A stretch of DNA of 64,000 nucleotides from Eledone cirrhosa (lineage: Eukaryota), in NCBI GenBank assembly GCA_964016885.1, contig OZ024740.1, forward strand, positions 58,466,001 through 58,530,000, given 5' to 3'. The position numbers and the translations under genes were made by a program. The notes beneath the pieces were generated by a model, which did not search any database, was not told where the DNA came from, and was given only the letters and a program-made list of their open reading frames with translations. How positions within the stretch are numbered: the first letter of the stretch is position 1; each line of letters begins with the position of its first letter. Positions 1 through 13,016 of this stretch are shown in pieces.

Positions 1-2734
1 TAATATAAATGTACAGGATATACTTATTCTATATGCATCGTATTAATATAAGCTGCCATTATATTTTGAATAGGTCATACTTTGAAATTCGTTGTTCACA
101 TATTTATCGCCCGTTATTCTAATTCTTTGAAATATTTCCTCATCATTATATTGAACTACAAAAAGTCAATTCTTAACATTTTTCAATGTATGGTATACTG
201 TAATAATTTCAACTTTCAATCTTTTGAAAAGAAAAAAATCATAGAATTTCTAAAAACTATCTATATTCGTTTAATAGTTTTTCATGTATACTGAAGAAAG
301 AAACAGAATTATGTTACAATAAGTGTTATCAAAGTATGATCAATAAGAATCAGTACCGAAACACATTTAACAAAAACAAATACTAACATACTGGCTTTGA
401 GTCAGTGCAGACAAAATCAATTGAATAAAAGCTTACAATAAATTAATGTTTGGCATTACAAAGAGTAAAGAATTGGTATTGTATTGTGTGTATCAGCTGA
501 CCCTACTTCATCCATATTGCAAACAGCATTTATAACACAAGTTTAACATTCCTTGGATTCTTTACTTTAAAGACTTTTGTAGAATATGCTAGTGAAGTTG
601 TCTTCCTCACTCATCTTAATTCATTTGTGTTTCTGATATCTTACATCAATGAACTTACCAGCAAAGGTCAGGTCTCCCTGTAAGATGTGTATTCAAAATA
701 TCTCAATGAAGGTTATCTCAGATCAGTCTTCCTTTTGTAGTAATTCAGAAATTATCACAGGCACAATCTTGATTTCCTCTTCTGAACAGATATTTATTTC
801 ATTGAATTCTTTCAACATATATTACTTTAGTTCAACGTTATTCTGTAAGACAAGCCTAGAAATGTTAGCATCATTATAATCAGCAACACATTGCGGCTTT
901 TGACATTGTTGGTGATTAATGTTAGAAAATGCTTATAGCATAGATTCATATGTTTCTTCACGCTTGCATGTCCTCTGCTAAGTGATAGATTGAAACTACT
1001 CTCTGGTAGAATTTCCTTTTTAAAATGTTCTTTTTCCTTTTCAGTCATAATTCTTCACATTCTTTCTTATTAAAAGCAACATATGTACAATCATTAACAT
1101 CAACATTTCTATCAACTCTACCGATAGGGAGCTATACCTATTCAATGTAAATACTACTAAATTTACTGTCATCATCATCTGCATATGGAAATAGCATAAA
1201 ATACCCCCATTGTTGTATAGCATGGCTGTTGTAATATATCTGAGATGTCAGAGATGGGACTGTTTCCTTAGAACTTTAGGATACCAAATTCAAATCCTGT
1301 TTAAATTAATTCATATTTTGGAAAAGTTGAGACATTATGCAAAATTATTAAAATAACTTATAATGACTTAGTTGGCATTTTTATATTGTTTTCTAGTGGA
1401 TGATTAATAAAATATCAAGCTATAATACCTACTAAAAATACAGAAACCCTTAAAGACATGTCAACATAAAAAAAGTTCTAAATACTTCAATTAAAACAAC
1501 TTTGATATGAAGTTAATTGTGTATTTAGTGTTGATGTAATTATTGTATTATCATTAGTTTGAAGTTACAATGTATGGCTTTGAAATAAATATACCTTCTG
1601 TTCTTTATACCAACATATAAAATATATAAGAATGTCTTTACTTTGCTGTAAAAATTCCTGGAAATATAAGCATTTTCATATGTAATTTAAAATGTTCTAA
1701 ACAGTGTCAACAGTGTAGGTGAATACTTTTCATTTCAAAGGGTGCTAAAGTACAAAAATAGAACAAACAAAAAATCAACAAAAAAACCCAGTAAACTATT
1801 TAATTATATCCCTAAATTGAGGTGCTTCTAGAACTGACATTGCTTTTCACAATTCTGGAGGTAATAAAATAAATACCAATCATAGGGTCAATTCAATTGA
1901 TTATACCTTTCCTCTGCAAATGTTTAGTTTACTAAGAAATCAATATTTTTTTCATTTCTGATATTAAATGATGAGTCACATGTTGATATCTCCTGCATAT
2001 ATATTTAGAAGCAAATAATTGTAGTTGTAGTTCATGTTTTAACTTTGGCTTGATAAAATGGTTTATCTAAAGCTACATATATTTACATTCAAATATTATT
2101 GTTGAATCAACATATTATCACAAATAACTTTCTGACCTGTTATTATTGTGTTAATAACCTTATTTATTTTGATAATTTGGGGCAAACGGAAAGAGAAAAG
2201 CATGACCAGTTGAATGAAATTAACTTTTGTTTTGAAAGCTTTATAAAATAACCTCTATAACACATTTTCTTTTCTGTTAAAAATGAAATCTTTCTGTAAT
2301 TTTTAAGGAATATTATTGGAAAAGATATCAAATTCTTTCACTAGCTCCAGCTTGTGGCTATGCTGAAGCAGCAGCAATGTATGATAACTATTTCATGTTT
2401 TATATTATTAGTATCGTATTTCTCATCCCCATTATTATCGTTATCAAACATTAATTGTTACTTCAGTCACTGCCATTACAACCAGAGAAAATTCTTTAAC
2501 ATTCTGTAAGCAAGTAATAGGCTGATAGTGACTAAGGGAAATCTTTGACAATAAAAATGTAAATATCAATATATTCAGATTGTGGGTTTTCAAATCACTG
2601 CCACTGTATCCTCTTCAGTAATGATGATGATGGCTTATTTTTCTGATTTGTGAATCTTGATTATTATTAGCTAAGCAATTTCTATCTTTCTTAATGTTGG
2701 ATACAATAGAGGCAGAGAAGGGAAGACAGACAGA

Positions 2735-2816
2735 CACAAACACACACTCACTCACTCACTCACACACACACACACACACACACACATAGAAAGAGAGAGA
2801 GAGAGAGAGAGAGAGA
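2735..2816. repeat. Compound (CA)n/(CTCA)n/(GA)n microsatellite
   Basis: Direct reading of the runs. Confidence 0.95.
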
Positions 2817-3057
2817 TATGATAACCTCCCTAGTATTAGTATAAAATGCACTTGGTAGAGCACAATACAAGCTCTCAGCCTGTCTCAGCACTCATCAGCG
2901 TGGGAATGTATTTAAGCAAGATGCAAGCCCCTGCCTGCTCATCTGAGAAGTCAGCAGCTATACTAGAGTACTGACTCATTCTGTTTCAACCCTTCCGATC
3001 TTTGCTAACAAGGAAAACAAACATTAATGATTATGATGATTCATACATACATGAGAG

Positions 3058-3059
<2 letters not shown>

Positions 3060-3107
<48 letters not shown>
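3060..3107. repeat. (TA)n microsatellite
   Basis: Pure TA run; source of the spurious IYIYIY ORFs. Confidence 0.97.
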
Positions 3108-3109
<2 letters not shown>

Positions 3110-3143
3110 TCATCATCATGTAACGTTCATTTTCCATATATAT

Positions 3144-3718
3144 GGAAGCTGTATAAAAAAGTGCAGGCCATTCAAAATTGATGGAAGTTACGGAGTAGGT
3201 AGACCTAGAAAAACCTGGGACAGCATGATAAAATCCGACCTTGCACACTTACATCTCTTTTAGACAATGTCATTGGATCGAGATCTTTGGCGCCATGCAG
3301 CAATACAGAAGACTCACCTTCCCTACATGCAAAATTAACCTACAGTCAGTAGGCCCCTCCTAACCAAAAATACACCCCAACCCACTACCATCCTCCCACT
3401 TCCACCAACACCACCCCTTTCTCTGTAAAGTTATGTTGGTACCACAATATCCAGTCCAAACTAAAGCGGTTGTGTAGGTGTCATGACAAAAAAACACAGT
3501 CCACGCTGTAATGTGGCCATGTAGGAAACACAGTAAAAAGGCTCCCAGTCCACACTGTAAATATGGTTGGTATTAGGAAGAGCATCGAGCTGTAGAAAAT
3601 CTGCCAGATACAGTTCTATATGAGCGACAAACGGTCACCCGATCAATCTCGCCTCAAGTGGGACTATTCCCGTCTAACCCATGCTAGCGTGGAAGATAGA
3701 CATTAAACGATGATGATG
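3144..3718 (+). mobile_element. 5'-truncated RTE LINE, family B (ORF2 C-terminus, long 3' UTR, (GAT)n tail)
   Basis: Encodes KIDGSYGVGRPRKTWD; colinear with the reverse complement of 51702-52280; TA runs on both sides. Confidence 0.88.
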
Positions 3719-3756
<38 letters not shown>

Positions 3757-4088
3757 GAAAGAGAAAGAGATAAAGAAAAGATCAAGAGATGCATTAGAAC
3801 AAGGCAATAAAATATGTATCAAATTGTTGAACAAGGTTGTGAAATTTGTAGGAAGACGTATGGCACAATCGATTAGGTACAGATTTAAACTTGGTGAGAT
3901 GTAGTTCAACTTTGTCAATAAATTAAGTTAAACTATTATTATCGTTATTATACCTACTGTTCCCCCTTGATTATGTCTACTTTCTTTATTTGATGTAAAG
4001 CCCACATTGTGTTGTTTTTGTCCTTGTATTGTCCCCAGTATCTTGGGCCTTTGTAGCCAATAGAATAAACTATTATTATTATTATCAC

Positions 4089-4310
4089 GGGTGAATTGTC
4101 AAAATCGGTAGAGTGTCAGACACCCTGCTTCATGGCACAGAGTTACGGCTCTTTACATTCTGAGTTCAAATCCCGCAGAGGTTAGTTTTGCCTTTTATCC
4201 TTACACGGATCGATAAAATAAAGTACCAGTCACATGCAGGGGTCGATTTAATTGAGTTTTCCCTCCCCCCAAATTGCTGGCGTTGTGCCTATCATAGAAA
4301 CAATTATTAT
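4089..4310 (+). mobile_element. tRNA-derived SINE, family A
   Basis: B-box-like GAGTTCAAATCCC, then GCCTTTTATCCTTAC..GATCGATAAAATAAAGTACCAG and an (ATT)n tail; about ten copies in the window. Confidence 0.82.
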
Positions 4311-4821
4311 CATTGCTGGTGGCAGTGGCAGCATTGTCGTCATCATTCTTATAACTCTACAGTATTCCTCATTGTACCAGAGCCAAAAATATTAATTTTT
4401 ATGTATTTTTAAGAGCGCTAGTGTCACCAATAATTTTGGAATCCTTTAAGCATAATAATTTAATTAAATGTTCCAGATTATTACTATCATTTTTCATATC
4501 TTTATGCTTTAAACTGCTTTGATAATCTCTGGTTATCTTCAAATGTCTTACATAATATATATATATCTTCCAATAATGAGTGTCACCCTAGGTTAATGTC
4601 ACTGAACTTTCTTGACTAATATGTCACTGTCAGAGAGACAAATTATTGATTTTTGAAGATGTATATTTATTTCAGTAATAACTTCCAAATTGTGTTGACA
4701 TGATAATATGATTTACTGATTTGGTTTTAACTTAACACAGTAATGCCTTTGGCGTTTTTCTGAGTTTTTTTATATGATTCTTTGTCTTAAATGAAAACTT
4801 TATTCCACAGCAAGTCAACAA

Positions 4822-4986
4822 CAGAGCCTTTATGTAGTAGCTAAATCCGCTAGAAATAACAGCGCAATCTCCCTCAATTTACACCCTACTGACTCATAAA
4901 AAGAAAGGTGGAGTGATCACAGCTAGAACACCTTTGCTCATTGGTATGTTTAATCAGGGATGACCTGGGACTAAACAACAATAACT
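4822..4986 (+). mobile_element. Short interspersed repeat, family D (old, SINE-like)
   Basis: CTAGAAATAACAGC..AATCTCCCTCAA..ACACCC..CTAAACAACAA; related decayed copies near 20270-20440(-), 31540-31660(-), 58330-58495(+). Confidence 0.5.
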
Positions 4987-5975
4987 TTATTGTAATATGT
5001 TATATCTTTCTGCATAATAGCCACACACACACACACACACACACGAGTATGCGTTTAAAATACTGTAGTATTTAAAACATTCAAGCATTAACTGAGTGAG
5101 CACTCAATACTGGTAAATAGAGTGTAGAAATTTATGTTCTAAGTAGAAAATTTTCTTGGCAGAGCTGTTCTGTTAGAGAATAGGTCACGGGTTGTGGATA
5201 GTGATACGGCCAACAGCTATGATGGTTAGCTGCAATATAAGTGGGCAGCTGCCAGACGAATAAGCAACTCCAGACCAACAGCGATAAACTACTAGGGGAG
5301 ATGGAGCAATGGGTGACACCTATAGCTCCCAAGAAAACTCTCACAATTCAGTCATGTAGATATGACAAGGCAAATAAAGGCTGCTTCTAAAAAACCTAGT
5401 GTTCATGGGTTTGAGAAAGTACTAGATTGGTGACTGGTGTGAATAAAACCACCAAAACTGCAATATGGTGAGAGGTAAGATAAAGAATCATACCACATTG
5501 TCTTGCACAGGTCAACAAGGGACACATTCAGACCTTAGGTAGAAGGGTTTGTTTGAAAAATATATTGCAGTAAATGTATCATGCTGTAAAACTGGCGATT
5601 GGCCTGCAAACTGCCATGGGAGGCATGGGATGGATGCACAAAGATTGCATATCCCAAGACCCCAATAGCTTGGGCTTCATCTGGCTGTATCCTGTGAAAT
5701 ATATGTGTGTGTGTATATGTAATAATATATCTTTTATAAATCATTTTGAAAATAATGAAGAATTTGGAGAGATTTACTAATGTAACTACTTTCTCTTTAT
5801 TAAGTTGCTGTTTCGAGCATAACTTAACAGAGGTTCTGACAAAGTGTTATGATGGAAGGGTTTTTTTAAAAAATATAAACACTTTAAAAAAACAAGAATT
5901 TTCTATTGCAAAACCAGAGACAGTTTCAAGTGGTTTGGTATCAAAAGAGCTAAAAGATGAAATATATATATAAGA

Positions 5976-6142
5976 CCAGCAATTATCCCAGTGCATTACT
6001 GGTGCTTTATTTTATCGACCCCGTAGGGATGAAAGGCAAAGTTAACTTCGGCAGGATTTGAACTGAGACCGTAAAGGGCTGTAACTCTATACTGCAAAGC
6101 ATAGCATCCGACCCTCTACCGATACTGCCAATCCACCGCCCT
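5976..6142 (-). mobile_element. tRNA-derived SINE, family A
   Basis: Reverse complement of family A; closely similar to 62888-63080 and 59242-59423. Confidence 0.85.
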
Positions 6143-6358
6143 TATATAATAATAATAAGGATTTAGATTAATTTTGATGTCAGGTTCATATAAAGTAAAC
6201 AATATTTATGTTATTTTAATCAAATACAATTAGGAAGTGATTATTACTGACACTAGCAAAAGAAGAATGTTGGCATAATGGTGTTTCAGGAGACAACCAT
6301 ATGAATATCATGTAGGAAAAACAGTAATCCAAAATAATTAATTGGACCTTTATCTTAA

Positions 6359-6570
6359 CATCTTGTACCACATGAAATCACATAAGCAAAAGTCTTGAAA
6401 AGTACAAAACATCATTATGACTATATCATATTAAAACTTACTGCGATATAGCCTTAACCTTAATACTGCAAATTTCACAACAATCTGTCCTCTAATAAAG
6501 ACATTATAAACATTAAAATCAACAAACCTGTTTGTTTTAGATATTTTCTTCTAAAACATTACAGGTTGTG
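6359..6570 (+). mobile_element. MITE family M1 (consensus TTAA|CATCCTGTA...TACAGGATG|TTAA)
   Basis: About 200-bp repeat also at about 19910-20105, 28225-29375 (split by an RTE), 30197-30625 (split by another MITE) and 46330-46495(-); short terminal inverted repeats. Confidence 0.7.
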
Positions 6571-9500
6571 GTGAGTTATGCAGTTATCAGTCACACAAAT
6601 GAAGTAAAGGGTGTAAATAATATTTAAAAAAAGCACTAACATCTTTTTTCCCTTATCACAAGAGAATGTTCAAATATGCCTAGATGATGATGATGATAAG
6701 CAGCTATGATAATGTTACTGTTGATGCAAAGACAATTTAGGCATGTTAAACAATAGCCTCTAATGTAGGAATTCATAACCCTTTTACATCCTGAATTGCA
6801 AGCATATAGTAAACTAGTAATGTATGGAAGCATATAAGTGATGAGATAAATAGTCAACCTTACTTTTTCAGATTCATAGGCATGCAACTTGTATTAAATT
6901 CCATTTTGGGTTTTATTGCTTAAATTGTTCCCTCATATGAATTTTTAGTGAGTGTGTTAGCAGGCAGTTTCAAATTTTAACTGTGAACAAGTAGGGTTGC
7001 CCTCCCCTTCGCTAAAGAAACTTTTATTCTGAAATGGAAAGAACATTAGTTGCCTTCTTTTTAAAATTAGAAACTTTTAGAAATATATAAACAATTATAT
7101 TCAGAAAAAAGTTACCTTGCATTCTATAATCTGTATCTATTGTATCAGTTCTGATGTATAAATTGTAAAAATAAATAGATAAATAAATAAATAAAACACA
7201 GGACTCCTTATATTCCTTCAAATTAATTCTGTATATTTTGTTATAGAAAATAAAGATTATCTTAGGTAAAATAGTTAAGTGGCTGTTTAACTTTTCCTTT
7301 GAACATTTCTTGATTATAGAAATTATTAAAATAAAGACATACTTCATTATATCTATTGATTCTAACAGATAGTGACCAGCATTCATGTTCAGTATAATCA
7401 TGCGGTTAAAGCAGTATCGTTTTTCTTGATAATATACAAGAATTTAAACTTATTTTCCACAATAGAAATAATTTCTTTTCAACAATAAATGCAAAAATCA
7501 TGCAATGTAAAAAGGAAAGCCTGTTACTGTCAGTTTATTCTAATACCTCAATCAAGGTTTCTTATCTCTTTTTACATTTCTCTTTTAAGTTCACTTCACA
7601 AGTCAAGGTTACAAAATCTAAGTAAGAACAATAAAACATTTCCTTTTCTACTACACATACCAAAGTAAATTTTACAGCCATTAGAAACATACCAGCTTCT
7701 TACTTCTTCAATCTTTATTGTCTTTCACTTGGATGCCTTTAATCTAATGGAAGAATTTCTAGATTTTGCTGTGGAATTGTATGCATCTGAATTGCAAGTT
7801 GTAAAAAAGAGTTGAAACTTTAGGAAGTTAAAATAATAGAAGTAAGGAAGATAATAACTACATAAAAAAAAAATTCAAAGTAAGCATTCTGTCATAGTAT
7901 TTTATTAAATAGGATAAGCAGTATTGAACTTGTTTCACTCTGAACATAAAAGAAAGAGGAATGCAAATGTCACTATATTTTGTTTGAAGTTATATATTTA
8001 TATTCTTTCTCCTGTAATACAGTGTTATGAATATCTAAAAATGGTCTTATAATAAAACTTTAATTATTTAATTTGTTAATTAATGTACTGAACGAATGAA
8101 TATTGCAGCAAGTACAGTAATACTAATGCTTTGCTGGGATAGCAATAAAGCAAGTACTCAATTGTCTCATACTTATCAAAAAAAAAAAGAAGAAAAAGTT
8201 GGGTGTCGGATAATAATAGTAGTTATTGGTTAATATCGTATTTTTCATATTGCATGTTTATTTCTAGATAGGTTTTTAGTGCTTGCATTACATTTGCTTT
8301 CACTAAGTTACATATTAACTAGAGTTGATAATATTCAATCTTACTCTTAGTATTTTATTTGGCCTGCATTCAGAACACATTAATTGCATATCTATAAACC
8401 TAAGGTGGAAAATGGTATCACTCTTGTTTTATGGTTGGGTGGTGATGCTGGTGGTGGTTATCTTTTGAAACAACATTCACTCTGTAAATACTTGCTACAA
8501 CAAATTACCTCAGAACCTTCCACCCTATAAAGATAAAAGATATGAAATTGTCTTACCAGTTACATATACATTCAATTGTCAGTTACAAAAATATTGGTAT
8601 AATGGCTTTAATATAGACATATTTTTACTATTTAGATAAAGCTTATTTGTTATTCCGTTGAAGGATCAGAAGCAGTGTATATTGCTCATGTAGATCATCT
8701 CAGATAAATAAGGTTCATGTGGTTTATATCTTTTATACAACTTCTCAGATAAATATTTGTAGCTTCAGAAGGTTGCAGTACTTTTATTTAGAAGTTATAG
8801 AGGAAGGATAAGTAGAGCCCAGTCTTTTCATACTCTCTAAAATGCAAGGAAAGATTGGTGAGGATAATGTTTATTTTGAATTTATGTTGATCAACATATG
8901 CAGGAAATAATTGCAGAGAGTTGCATCATTGAGAAGAAACGATAGTTTTAGTTACTAGGTCAGAGGTGTAAAAGCTGTTGTAATAGTGGTAATGAGGAGT
9001 GGTAAGAGAAGAAATGATACATTCATGAGTCTGTGGATTGCATCAAATTAGGAATATAGAGGAAGAAGACAAAGAAAGTCATGGCTAAAAATGGAGGATC
9101 AAATGAAAGCTAAGGATCTGATGTGAGGGGGGTGTAGATGATAGGGAAAAATGGAGAAACTTGTCATGGGGCCTGCAAGACTAACTCATGCTTTAGCGGG
9201 AAAGAATGCCTTAAAGTGCTTGTTGTTCTTGTTATGGTTGTGTTGAATTAGTGAATAACTCTTTGCTAATCAGATAAATGGCATTCTTTTGAATTCAATC
9301 TAAAATATGTATGTGTGTGTGTTTCAAAATTCGTGTAATGTGAGTTGCAGTTGAGATTGGAAGTGGATCACTGGTACGTGCAAGACCTTTCAGAAAGAGC
9401 AGAGATGTGTTAGAGATAGACATTATCAGATTTGAGATTTGTCTGTTAGTAGGTATTAGTGGGCAGTATAAATGTTGGATTGAAGTTCATGGAAATTAGT

Positions 9501-10103
9501 GTAGAGAGTAATTTATACAATGAAAAAAAAAAAGAAAGATTAGGCAAAGTTTTAGGATGGGTTTTGGAAAAGATAATGATAGAAAAAAGGAGAGAACAAA
9601 TATTTCTCTAGCATGCAGTTTGGTAATTCACAAGTGTCAGAACCGTCGTAGTATCAGTAAAAAATACAGAAATCACACAGAACAGTAGTAAATTAATGGT
9701 TATATCATGTTTGTAAATGGAATTTTACATATCATTTCAACAGATTTTAGAGCTCTTAAGTTTAGAATGTACATATCTGCATATAATATACAGTTCCAAA
9801 ATGTATTAATTCAGTATTGTGTGTGTGTGTGTGTGTGTGTTGTGAGGTGGGAGTGAGGGGACTTTGTATTTTGTAAATGGATTGCAAATATTCAGAGCTA
9901 AGTTATTTTCTTCAAAATCTGTACCATACTATGTTACAGATATATGGTCTTCAGCAAAACAAGTGGTATAGTATTATGTTTTTCTTTGGTGTGTTGTGAC
10001 TAGGTTGTATGTCCTACATTGCTTCCATTTGATATCCATCAGCTACACTTCAAAATTGCTGTAAAGTGGTGCCTGTGTTAGGAAGGGCATTCAACCAAAC
10101 ACT

Positions 10104-10649
10104 ATGAATGCAATGAATGAAATTTGCAACAACTACGTAAACAGCAATAACACTAACCATGTTAGGGCTGCGCACGGTAGTGGGGTGCATGGTGCGGCCA
10201 TGTGCGAGAACCCTACGACCGTCATCAAGCAATCGCACAACAGGAAAAAGAACGAGACGTCGCATCTCAGAGTTACCACACTTAATGTTGGCACTCTAAC
10301 AGGTAGATCTGGTGAGATAGCGGAGATGCTGGAGAGAAGACATGTGGATGTGTGCTGTGTGCAAGAGGTGAGATGGAGAGGTGCCTCTGCAAGACTAATC
10401 GTAGGCAAACATCGTAGTTATAAGCTTTTCTGGGTGGGTAATGATGATGGGTTAGGTGGGGTGGGCATATTACTGACTGAGAGATGGATCAATAAGACAA
10501 TAGAGGTAGTTAGAGTTAGTGATAGAATAATTAAGCTTAGATTAGTTGTAGGCAAGAGACTACTGACAATCATCTCTGCCTATGCTCCCCAGGCAGGCCT
10601 AGGTAAAGAAGAGAAAGACTGCTTTTACGAGCACAAACAGCCTCAATGA
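10104..10649 (+). pseudogene. RTE ORF2 endonuclease (EEP) N-terminal fragment
   Basis: ORF track translation with canonical APE motifs; reading frame broken downstream. Confidence 0.9.
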
Positions 10650-11519
10650 CAGAAGACAGAGACATCGCTATGCCAGCAGGGGACTTCAATGGACATGTTG
10701 GACAGCTCCAGGATGGATACACTGGGGTACATGGTGGACACGGTTACGGCTGAAGAAATGAAGAAGGAGTGAGGCTTCTTGAATTTTGTGATGCAAATGC
10801 ACTAACCATTTGCAACACTAACTTCCAGAAGCCTACCAACCTCCTAATAACCTACAAATCGGGCAAGCACATAAGCTAGATTGACTTCCTGCTAGTTAGA
10901 CAGCGAGACAGATAGATGGTGTCAAATACTAAGGCATACCCTGGGGAAGAATGTACCCACGGCATAGGTTAGTCGTTACTGACATCTCAGTAAGCATGAG
11001 AAAGAATGAGACATACAGGAAGGTGTGGAAAAGAAAGGTCTGGAAGCTAAAAGACCTTTCATTAAAATATAAATTTAGCAAAGCCCTTCAAGACATGTAT
11101 GACAAAAAAAGAAGACGATTTAGAGTTGTATGACATAGATGATAACTGGAATTTCTTGCGTAACAACTTACTGCAGGCTACTGAAGAAATTCGTGGTTGG
11201 GGCAGAGCTTCAACCAGACAGAGAGTGACCTAGTGGTGGAACAGCATGGTAGATAGGGCAATTAGAGACTAAAGACTGGCATGGAAGGCTTGGAAAAATG
11301 GTGGGAGTAGGGAAGGATACACAGCCGCTAAGAGAGAAGCTAGACATCAGGTGTACTTAGCACACAGGGAGGCTGAGAGTAGGAGGTTTGCCAATGTTCT
11401 GCGACGGGAAGATCAGAGACGTGTGGTGTTCCGCATTGCAAGGCAATGTGTCAGTACAAAGCAGGATGTTGTTGGAAATAAGTGTGTCCGGAATGATGCC
11501 GGTGTACTTAGTGTCATGA

Positions 11520-13016
11520 ATGATAAAAAAAAAGGAGACCTGGAAATCTCACTATGAGAGACTGATAAATGTGGAGAACGAATGGGACAGAGAGAAATTA
11601 CCCCCAGTAGACCCAGCAGAGGGACCAGCTATTGAGATTGATGAATATAGAGTACAAGAGGCAATTAAGGAAATGAAGAATGGTAAGTCTGCTGGACCGT
11701 CGGGGATAGTTGCTGAGATGCTGAAGGCATCAGGAGAAGTAGGCACTAAACTGGTTGCACGCATCATCAATCAAGCTATATATGGTGGTGTCATACCCAA
11801 AGACTGGTGCAGCAGTATTCTCATAAATTGCTACAAAGGTAAAGGGGATGTTCTAGAGACGAGCAATTATAGGGGCTTAATGCTGATGGATCAGTTTATG
11901 AAAGTGGCAGAGAGAATATTAGCGCAACTGATGAGAGAAAGGGTCAAATTAGATGAGATGCAGTTTGGTTTTGTGCCTCGGAAAAGTACAACAGATACCC
12001 TCTTCTCAGTGAGGCAACTACAAGAGAAATTCTTAGAGAAGAATAAGCTACTATACTTAGCTTTTGTTGACCTAAGGAAACTAGGTGTAGAAGAATGGCT
12101 TGTGAGGACAGTGCAAGCTATGTACAAGGGTGCTGTCAGTAAAGTGAGAGTAGGTATGGAGTTTAGTGAGGAATTTCAGATACAAGTAGGTGTACATCAA
12201 GGTTCGGTCCTCAGCCCGCTCTTGTTCATTATAGTCCTCCAAGCCATAACAGAGGAGTTTAAGACTGGATACCCATGAGAACTTCTCTATGCTGATGATC
12301 TGGTTCTTATAGCAGAATCAGTAGAGGAGCTAGAGAATAAATTGTGGCTATGGAAACAGCAGTTAGAATCAAGAGGACTGAGAGTGAACATAGCTAAGAC
12401 AAAAGTGTTGATGAGTAAAAGAGAGGACAATACTCTGATTCCATCAGGGAAATGGGCCATGTTCGATATGTAGGAAAGGAACTGGCATACATTCCATAAA
12501 ATGTACGCAATGCAATCTTGGGTACACAAGAGATGTAGTAGGATAGCAGGCAAATTAACAGGTAGGGAAAACTATGTATGCAGTAGATGTACAGGGAAAG
12601 TTGGCAGTAGTAATCGCAGTGATAGACACATTTTTCCAATGCAGGTGCGTTCTATAGACGTGGTTGATAGCTTCTGGTACCTAGGTGATCAGATTAGCAT
12701 GGGAGGGGGTTGTTCCGAGACCATAGTATCAAGAATGACGGGTTGGAAGAAGTTTAGGGAGCTGCTTCCTCTGTTGACAAAGAAGGGTTTCTCTCTGAGT
12801 ACAAAAGGACAGTTATATGATGCCTGTGTGAGATGCGCGATGCTGCATGGTAGTGAGACATGGGCAGCAACTGCAGAGGATATGCGACGGCTGGAGAGAA
12901 ATGAAGCAAGTATGCTCCGTTGGATGTGCAATGTCAATGTGCGTGAACGACCAAGCATGGACAAGTTGAGAAAGAAACTGGGTATAAGAGGGATAAGTTG
13001 TGGTGTGCAGGAGTGA
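11520..13016 (+). pseudogene. RTE ORF2 reverse transcriptase fragments
   Basis: ORFs 11520-12278 and 12501-13016 align with the intact 35850-37530 translation; stop at the GCPW position, frameshift in the PHD, 48-bp deletion. Confidence 0.92.

Noticed and set aside
2870-2900. CTGATGAG on the minus strand as a hammerhead core
   Set aside because: No downstream GAAA or closing stems; the same applies to CTGATGA at about 55804.
7024-7401. 125-aa minus-strand ORF
   Set aside because: AT-biased composition, no motif or splice support; chance ORF.
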